Positions 1 through 6,066 of a stretch of DNA of 6,317 bases are shown here, in pieces; position 1 is the stretch's first letter, and each line of letters opens with the position of its first letter. Where the stretch lies: the NCBI RefSeq assembly GCF_006345805.1, contig NW_021829405.1, forward strand, positions 1 to 6,317, given 5' to 3'. The translations under genes were made by a program, and so were the position numbers. Source of the stretch: Octopus sinensis. Taxonomy: Eukaryota. The notes under the pieces were generated by a model that saw only the letters and a list, made by a program, of their open reading frames with translations, was not told where the DNA came from and did no database searches.

Positions 1-16
1 ATATATATATTATATA
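1..16. repeat. (TA)n microsatellite, left flank of the 17-652 cassette (runs off window edge)
   Basis: atatatatattatata read directly. Confidence 0.85.
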
Positions 17-650
17 TGGTTGACTCTCTCATCGAAGACGATGAATGAGGGTTCAGCAAATAACTTTCAACAATTCCTAAGCCTTGTGACACCCAAGAGG
101 AAGTAAGCAATGTTTAGGTAATTTTTTTCAGACCCCACCCCATGAAGAGGAAAGCAGTGCCATCCTAAAAAGGGCTGCTTTGTTATGAAAGGAGGACACG
201 AGTCACACAATTACTTGCGAGTGTTGTGCAAAACGGCCATCTACCTTCCACCACCTATGTGCAATGTTCATGTTAGGAACTACCAGTGACATCCTTCACC
301 TGTTCCCGTCACAATCCCATCATCGCCATAGGATTTAATAAAAAAAAAAAACCACACATCGATGCGCCAAACCTCAGGTGTTATTGAGTGAAAATGGTTT
401 ACTGAACAACCGACACTTTGACTTGTTTAAAGTGGTCATTGCTTGTGCTGAACAAGCACACTCTCTCTCTAATTAACAGGTCTGTACAGGTGCACGGTGT
501 GCCACACGTCAGATGATAAAACGATCGCAGGATTTCTTGTAAGAGTGCTCCGTCTCCTAGTCAGTTGTGAGACTCAACCCAAAGGGTCTGATCCACCCTG
601 GTAGGCTTTCTGCGTGCTGGGCACCATACCAGTATTTCTAGGTCCTCACG

Positions 651-652
<2 letters not shown>
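17..652. mobile_element. Putative 636-bp interspersed element inserted in a (TA)n tract (solo-LTR-like or non-autonomous retroelement; class unresolved)
   Basis: Complex, more GC-rich sequence with sharp boundaries and (TA)n on both sides. Ends read TG(17-18)...CA(651-652). No terminal inverted repeat (tggttgac vs RC end tgcgtgag). No ORF of 60 aa or more lies within it. Confidence 0.45.
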
Positions 653-653
<1 letters not shown>

Positions 654-684
<31 letters not shown>

Positions 685-732
685 TAGAGATCTATAAGAG
701 AGAGAGAAAGAGATGAAGAGAGAGAGAGGAGA
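654..732. repeat. (TA)n (654-682) followed by degenerate (GA)n (683-732)
   Basis: Direct reading. It explains the YIYIY/SLSL runs in the 561-815 ORF. Confidence 0.95.
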
Positions 733-859
733 GCAAAAGCAACAATGTAACTCAAGGTCCGTGAGTTACTCTGTTGCTTCTGCATAATATCAATAAGAAA
801 TATACACATACTCATATTTTGAATTCTATTTTCTTGTTTACACCAACTTATTTAAGCAA

Positions 860-878
860 TGTGTGTCACTTTGAAAAG
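860..878 (+). repeat. 19-bp direct repeat, copy 1 (tgtgtgtcactttgaaaag)
   Basis: 18/19 identical to 1212-1230. Confidence 0.85.
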
Positions 879-930
879 TATATATTTCAAACAAGAATTT
901 AGTGTCACCATCTCTAGTCAAGTAGGTATT

Positions 931-974
931 GTGCACTGATGAAGGAGAATAACATAGAAACCATTAGTACACAG
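931..974 (+). other. Degenerate Penelope-type (type I) hammerhead ribozyme-like core, probably inactive
   Basis: CTGATGA (936-942), then 14 nt (A+GGAG+aataa+cata), GAAAC (957-961), 5 nt, GTA (967-969). Stem II and stem I are largely broken. Confidence 0.25.
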
Positions 975-984
975 ATATTGTTTT

Positions 985-1008
985 GAGCTGAGTGGGGACA
1001 CTAAGCTC
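985..1008 (+). other. Hairpin GAGCT-g-AGTG-[GGGA]-CACT-a-AGCTC
   Basis: 9 Watson-Crick pairs, one G·A mismatch, GNRA-type tetraloop. Confidence 0.6.
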
Positions 1009-1211
1009 CCTTGTTCGAAAATATAAAGACGCAGATAGTGCGTTGATAACCAGCGGGAGACGATGTTTTCTGGGGCTAAATAACAGTAACATTTCTCCTA
1101 ACCAAGACTGCCGCATTATGTTGGCGTATAATCTTTACTCTAGGGTGTTGGTATTGAATGTTTCTCATTCAGAGATTTCGAAATAATTTTTCTCTTTATG
1201 AGATCAGTGGC

Positions 1212-1230
1212 TGTGTGTTACTTTGAAAAG
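1212..1230 (+). repeat. 19-bp direct repeat, copy 2 (tgtgtgttactttgaaaag)
   Basis: 18/19 identical to 860-878. Confidence 0.85.
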
Positions 1231-1235
1231 CGACA

Positions 1236-1432
1236 ATAATGATGACGATGATTATGATGAGCAGGAGGATGAGGATGAGGATGACAACGACGACGACAAT
1301 GACGACGATGATGACGATGTCGATAATGATTAAAATGATGATGATGATGCTGAATATATTATTATTTTTTGTTGTTGTTGTTGTTGCTGATAATGTTATT
1401 ATCATTACATTGTCGTCATTGCTGTTGTTTGT
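1236..1432. repeat. Compound degenerate trinucleotide microsatellite: (GAT/GAC/GAG)n 1236-1352, then (GTT/ATT/ATC/GTC)n 1369-1432
   Basis: Direct reading. Source of the poly-M/T and poly-I/V ORFs 1196-1405 and 1239-1451. Confidence 0.9.
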
Positions 1433-3276
1433 GAAGAACGGACATGTGTAACACAGCCCCAGAGAATAATTAGATTTAGCACGTTTAATTTGATGGAGAA
1501 AGAATTTGTTCTTTTGCTTCCTGCATTTTTGTGGAGATGGAGACGCCTTTTACGAACAAACGACAAGAAACTTATGAGCGTTGATGTCATTAGCCTGTGA
1601 TGGGAAAATAAGGTTTGTCCTTGAACATTTATATATTCTATATTTTGGTTAGCATTGTTTTCTAGTAATATAATATATATATTCTTCTGAAGGAATGGGA
1701 CAAGACGATAATTTGAATTGTGGTAGAAAAGAATACGCCCACCACAATTTTGAAAATGCATAAGAAAATTTGGTTGACAAAAACGCAGATTTGCTAAAGA
1801 ACCTCAGAAAAAATTATGACTACTTAAGAAGTAGACACAGTTATGAGCATACACGTTCACACTTAAACAAAAACAATTAAAAAGGTAACGATAGCTTAAA
1901 TAAGTTTAATAACGCTTTGCTAGCGTTGAAGCTCTGAACACATTCCAGGAAACGAAAGAATGTGTTAAGAAAATGTATGAGTAAAGTCATTGACTCTTTG
2001 TCCAACGAATTAAACGAGAACAGTATTAGGAAAAAGATATAATTCTGTCTTATTTTTTTTAAAATGGTGTCTCCCTATATGCACTCGAAGAAAGAGACAG
2101 AGGAATCATTGGCAAATATATGCCGCGAAGTGTGTTTAATTGACTGGGGTTAGTGTATATAAATATGTATGCTTTCATATATAGGGTTGAGTACGAGAGA
2201 AAGAAATAAGCGGAGTCGATGTACCTCACACCTACCCACAAGCTAGTATCACAAAAAATATATTATTGTCATTTTGCGTAACGGTACGAACATGTGCACA
2301 GAGTGTGATAGATAAAGTCTGCGTGAGTTTCCGTGTTTTAGTGATCTGTGATGACCACAAGGCTATCTTGGAGTCATAACTACATCAAAGGATCGAAGCT
2401 GAAGAAAACAAAAATTATGGTGCAAGGAAATAAAAGAAAAACAACCCAGTTGCTACACGTGGTTGCAAAGGATACTTGAGGGCTTTTCTGTCTGTCTAAT
2501 TAAAGAAAATATATAGGGAAAAAATGGCCATACACAAGATCAGCGGCAGTTTCATCAACAACAACAGACCCTAGAAGTGAAGACTATGTCTGCTGCTACC
2601 ACTGTTTTCAAAGCACGGCTAGTCGCAGCTCTGAGAATAGCCAGAGTAGAAACAAATGCATTCGCCTCATTTTCAGGGCCACTAGTACGAGGAATTGAAG
2701 ACGAACGAGAATCTGATGAGTCCGGCAGAGAATCGACAGCAGGTCACAAGCATTAATGCGAACCCTCTGACTTGCGGTGAAGGGAAAGAACCTGAGATTG
2801 GAGAAGAGTTGGAAACAATAAAGGACGATCAGATAATAGAAGATTAAAATGCATTGATCCCAAGTTAACAAATAAATCTATCAAAATGGACAGTTAAGCA
2901 GCTGAAATACCCTCCCTAATTGGCTCGTATACCTACGGTGTACATAACCTTTACGGCGATTCAATGGGTGAATATTACCCTAGTTAGTATTAAGATCAAG
3001 CAAACAGACGACTAATCAAATACAGTGGTATCTGATGAGGAAAAGAGCAAGTGATAGGCATCTTTGACTGAAAGATGGTTTATGAAAATCACGCCTGCAA
3101 TCTACGCAGTTAAGGAACATGACCCCTGGGAATGTGTGAGCCCTTCATAGTACTGTTAATGCCATACAAGTTGATGCGCAATTCCGTGGCAGTTTGCTGA
3201 AGATAATCAGAGGAGAAGGGTGTTAAAACTGTGGGCCTCCCTGATTCTATTGAGATTGATGGTGCTTATTATTAAA

Positions 3277-3478
3277 GTGGCGAACTGGCAGAATCGTTAG
3301 CGCGCTGGGAAATATGATTAGCGGTATTTCATCCGTTCTTAAGTTCTGAGTTCAAATTCCGCCGTGGTCCACTTTGCTTTATCATCCCTCCAGGGACAAT
3401 AAAATAAGCACCAATTGAATACTGTAATCGACTCATCCCTCCTACCAAATTGCTGCCCTTGTGGCATAATTTGAAACC
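3277..3478 (+). mobile_element. tRNA-derived SINE, copy 1 (octopus-type family)
   Basis: A-box-like tggcagaatcg (3286-3296) and B-box-like gagttcaaattcc (3348-3360). Colinear with 4737-4969 through shared blocks gcagaatcgttagc, gttcaaattcc, actttgc, ataaaataag, taatcgact, ccttgtg. Ends in an (ATT)n tail. Has a short internal deletion near 3424 relative to copy 2. Confidence 0.85.
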
Positions 3479-3528
3479 ATTATTATTATTATTAGTAGTA
3501 GTAGTAGTAGTAGTAGTAGTAGCAGTAT
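3479..3528. repeat. (ATT)n(AGT)n tract shared as tail by SINE copy 1 (+) and the Dong/R4 fragment (-)
   Basis: attattattattatt agtagt...agtagcagtatt read directly. Confidence 0.95.
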
Positions 3529-3774
3529 TGCCTTTACACAGTTTCTAACGCTGGAGATGTACTACGGTGTCAGCTCCTCACTACCAGTGAACCAAGGTAA
3601 CACCTCTTATTTTTCGAGCACCTTCCAGAGTATTCGAGCAGTTCCAAGCAGTGCTGTTTTCAGCAAGTGCTCCACTCTTATTGCAGCCCCTATTTGTTTT
3701 ACATACTTCTCGAGATCTTTGCTCACTGTTCCCAGGGCTCCGACAATTATTGGTACTATTGCTACCTTACCCAT
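3529..3774 (-). mobile_element. 5'-truncated R4/Dong-clade non-LTR retrotransposon: last 55 codons plus ~78-nt 3' UTR running into (TAC)n(TAA)n
   Basis: Minus-strand translation VPIIVGALGTVSKDLEKYVKQIGAAIRVEHLLKTALLGTARILWKVLEK* matches the characteristic C-terminal VPxxxGALG...QKxxxLGTAxILRxxL pattern after the restriction-like endonuclease core of R4/Dong elements (recognised from family knowledge). Similarity stops abruptly at ~3774. Confidence 0.85.
3607..3774 (-). pseudogene. Remnant coding segment of RLE-type retrotransposon ORF (C-terminal end of endonuclease region)
   Basis: 55 codons plus TAA (3607-3609). The conserved Q in QK appears as L, and R in ILR appears as W (TGG, consistent with CGG>TGG decay). 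The upstream part of the 87-aa ORF is low-complexity and unrelated. Confidence 0.8.
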
Positions 3775-3889
3775 AAGTAATATAAATATCCTAAATTCAG
3801 CGACGACGTTAATGAAGATGTTACTTATCTTTATTGATGTATATCGAATTATACATAGATATATATACAAGATTTATACAGATATAAGA

Positions 3890-3968
3890 GTTAGAACTTG
3901 TGATCCGCCTACGGACCTTTGTCTTTGGAAATTTTTGTCCACCGCACTAAAACGTTTCCCCACCCCTG
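3890..3968 (-). mobile_element. One terminus of a hAT (Charlie-type) DNA transposon/MITE; inner boundary uncertain (may reach ~3775)
   Basis: Minus strand reads CAGGGGTGGGGAAACGTTTT, a Charlie-like TIR start, followed by subterminal GGTCCG/GCGGAT motifs. The adjacent 8 bp CTTTACAC (3969-3976) fits the NTNTANAN Charlie target pattern. No matching second TIR in the window. Confidence 0.6.
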
Positions 3969-3995
3969 CTTTACACGCACTATATGTAAAGCCAC

Positions 3996-4059
3996 AGTCC
4001 TTTGTGTTGTTTGGGCCTTTGTTTTTGTGTGCGGTCTTTGTGGCCAATAAAGAAAGGGC
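3996..4059 (+). mobile_element. Possible isolated 3' end of a related SINE variant
   Basis: ctttgtggccaataaagaaa followed directly by (TTA)n aligns 13/20 with the SINE copy 1 terminus ccttgtggcataatttgaaa, which is also followed by (ATT)n. Weak similarity. Confidence 0.35.
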
Positions 4060-4077
4060 TTTATTATTATTATTATT
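4060..4077. repeat. (TTA)n tract, left flank of 543-bp cassette
   Basis: Direct reading. Confidence 0.95.
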
Positions 4078-4620
4078 TGAGTGAGAGAGCAGTTCATGCC
4101 ATCAAAGTGACACTGGGGTAAAATATACGAAGCCCATATACCCATCATGACTACCGTCTGATAAAGGTACACAGGCACATGCATCACAACCATATGTGCG
4201 CGACATGGTGATCTCATATCAAGATAAACAGCACATGACCTTGCAGGTGGGGCCCAGTTAGAACTTTCTTCAGGTTGAGTAGCCATCCCGCTCAAAAGGC
4301 CCTGAATAAGGGTTGTTTAAGGATGTTGAAAGAACCACCCATGTTTCCGGAGGGTGAATTATTCAACCCCAAAGAATCCCTCTCAACACATGGCTATGAT
4401 GCTCCCCACTACTTCTGCTCGTGATCAGAGAGCACATATCGTCAGCCACTAAGGGACATGCTCACTTGTTAAGGTCAAACAACTGACAGCAAATCTGTGG
4501 TATTGAGCAGAATATTTGCTGTAGCCCATCTTTTATACCAAGACAAAACAATGTAACATGATAACAGTTCCAATCAGTTAAGATCAGAAGCCATGAGAGC
4601 CACTGCCTGGTACTGCATCA
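4078..4620 (-). mobile_element. 543-bp non-coding interspersed cassette embedded in a (TTA)n tract (non-autonomous retroelement or long 3' UTR remnant; orientation inferred)
   Basis: Complex ~45% GC block with (TTA)n directly on both sides; ends TGA...TCA. No credible protein in the frames I read and no A/B boxes. I recall similar sequence as an abundant octopus repeat, but this is unverified. Confidence 0.6.
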
Positions 4621-4622
4621 TA

Positions 4623-4708
<86 letters not shown>

Positions 4709-4735
4709 GCTGTTGTTATTATCATTATCATTATA
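4621..4735. repeat. Compound (TTA)n-(GTT)n-(ATT/ATC)n microsatellite
   Basis: Direct reading. Source of the poly-N/poly-I ORF 4574-4813. Confidence 0.95.
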
Positions 4736-4736
4736 A

Positions 4737-4969
4737 GGCGGCGGCGAGCATAAGCTAGCAGAATCGTTAGCACCCCGGGCGAAATGCTTAGGAGCATTTC
4801 GTCCCGTCTTCACGTTTTGGGTTCAAATTCCACCGAGGTCGACTTTGCCTTTAATCCTTACGGGGATCGATAAAATAAGTACCAGTTGAGTACCCGGGTC
4901 GAATAGTAATCGACTAGTCCCCGACCCCCAAACTTGCTGGCCTTGTGCATTGTGCAAAAATTCGAAAGC
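4737..4969 (+). mobile_element. tRNA-derived SINE, copy 2 (same family as 3277-3478, more complete)
   Basis: A-box-like tagcagaatcg (4756-4766) and B-box-like ggttcaaattcc (4820-4831). Central block gcctttaatccttacggggatcgataaaataagtaccag, which from memory resembles a Meta-type SINE central domain (unverified). Small local duplications (agc-ataagc; ttgtgca x2). Followed by a trinucleotide tail. Confidence 0.9.
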
Positions 4970-4971
4970 TT

Positions 4972-5012
<41 letters not shown>
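4972..5012. repeat. (CTA)n tail of SINE copy 2
   Basis: caccactactactac... read directly. Confidence 0.95.
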
Positions 5013-5040
5013 TAACTATTTATCATTGCTAATATTATTA

Positions 5041-5083
5041 CATATCATCAACATCAGCTATCACTATCACCATCATCATCATC

Positions 5084-5175
<92 letters not shown>

Positions 5176-5217
5176 TATCATCATCATCATTATCATCATC
5201 ATCATCGTCATCATCAC

Positions 5218-5268
<51 letters not shown>

Positions 5269-5297
5269 TATCATCATCATCATCATCATCATCATCA

Positions 5298-5330
<33 letters not shown>

Positions 5331-5372
5331 TATCATCATCATCATCATTATCATCGTCATCGTCATCATCAC

Positions 5373-5423
<51 letters not shown>

Positions 5424-5464
5424 TATCATCGTCGTCGTCGCTGTCGTCGTCATCGTCATCATCA
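5041..5464. repeat. Long (CAT)n array with TAT/CAC/CGT interruptions, decaying into (CGT)n at the 3' end
   Basis: Direct reading. Produces the poly-His/Ile, poly-Met and poly-Ser ORF artefacts. Confidence 0.98.
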
Positions 5465-5624
5465 ATTTCTAAATATATTTCACTTACCTCCGATTATATT
5501 CCATTAGATTTTGTTTTAATCTCTTTACCGCCATTCTCTGTTCATTTCCTCTGATATTTGTTTGTCATTTCTTTCACAGCTTTATTGTTATTTTTGTTAT
5601 TTTGTTGTTTGTTCGATATTATAA

Positions 5625-5650
5625 TTGTTGTTGCTGTTGTTGTTGTTGCT
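5625..5650. repeat. (GTT)n microsatellite
   Basis: Direct reading. Confidence 0.9.
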
Positions 5651-5718
5651 TTCGTTAACTTGTTTTCTTTGATTGCTTTTTTTGCTTCTTGCTTCTGTTG
5701 CCGTAGGTTCTTGGGTCA

Positions 5719-5745
5719 CTTTCTTTCTTTCTTTCTTTTTTCTTT

Positions 5746-5796
<51 letters not shown>
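5719..5796. repeat. (CTTT)n tetranucleotide microsatellite
   Basis: Direct reading. Confidence 0.95.
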
Positions 5797-5810
5797 ACCT
5801 CCTTCATCTC

Positions 5811-6066
5811 CTGTCTCGCTTTCGCTTTCTCTCTCAGTCTCTGTCTATCTGTCTCTCTTTCTCTCTCTCTCTCTCTCTCGCTCTGTATGTGTGTATACTG
5901 TACCTGTGTGTGTGTGTGTGTATGTTTATACGTGTGTGCGTATATGTGTATATGCGTGTGTGTGTAACGTGTGTGCGTGTGTGTATGTGTGTGTGTGTGT
6001 GTACGGATGCGTGTACGTGGGTGTGCACGCGCGTATATATATATGTGTGTTTGTATGCGTGTGTTT
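5811..6066. repeat. Compound (CT)n (5811-5885) then degenerate (GT)n/(AT)n/(GC) (5885-6066)
   Basis: Direct reading. Source of the SLSL, VCVC and HTHT ORFs. Confidence 0.95.

Noticed and set aside
1750-2043. Nearly open + frame (…RKRKNVLRKCMSKVIDSLSNELNEN…)
   Set aside because: Three internal stops and no recognisable family; A-rich composition explains the K/N-rich look.
2449-2468. CACGTG E-box within an imperfect palindrome
   Set aside because: A single 6-mer is expected by chance in 6 kb; no promoter context.
2526-2606. WP…EDYVCCYHC resembling a BIR domain
   Set aside because: Lacks the AGF motif and the downstream His/Cys ligands; short frame bounded by stops.
2714-2745. CTGATGA-GTC…GAC hammerhead-like start
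   Set aside because: GAC is followed by AGCA, not GAAA; no stem III/I.
3032-3074. CTGATGA…GAAA hammerhead-like spacing
   Set aside because: Stem II does not close next to the core, and there is no NUH/stem I partner.
2686-3150. Possible decayed + strand coding frame (acidic 53-codon stretch, SAP-like LSKWTVKQLK at 2878-2907)
   Set aside because: Six internal stops in ~154 codons is close to random expectation, and the SAP resemblance covers only 10 residues. A frameshift-aware BLASTX hit would be needed.
3532-3976. CTTTACAC repeated at 3532-3539 and 3969-3976 as a hAT TSD pair
   Set aside because: The left copy is one base out of register with the nearby CAG, is not followed by a matching TIR, and lies within the LINE 3' UTR; judged coincidental.
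3557-4084. 175-aa + strand ORF
   Set aside because: Antisense to the Dong/R4 remnant and crosses several unrelated TE fragments.
3909-4295. 128-aa minus-strand ORF
   Set aside because: Reads through a (TAA)n tract and across element boundaries; no recognisable motif.
4412-4445. Minus-strand CTGACGA…TGCTC/GAGCA…GAAG hammerhead-like motif
   Set aside because: GAAG instead of GAAA, unpaired bases between core and stem II, and no valid cleavage triplet.
4945-5472. 175-aa poly-Tyr/His/Ile ORF and antisense poly-Met ORF
   Set aside because: Pure translation of (CTA)n and (CAT)n; stop-free only because of repeat composition.
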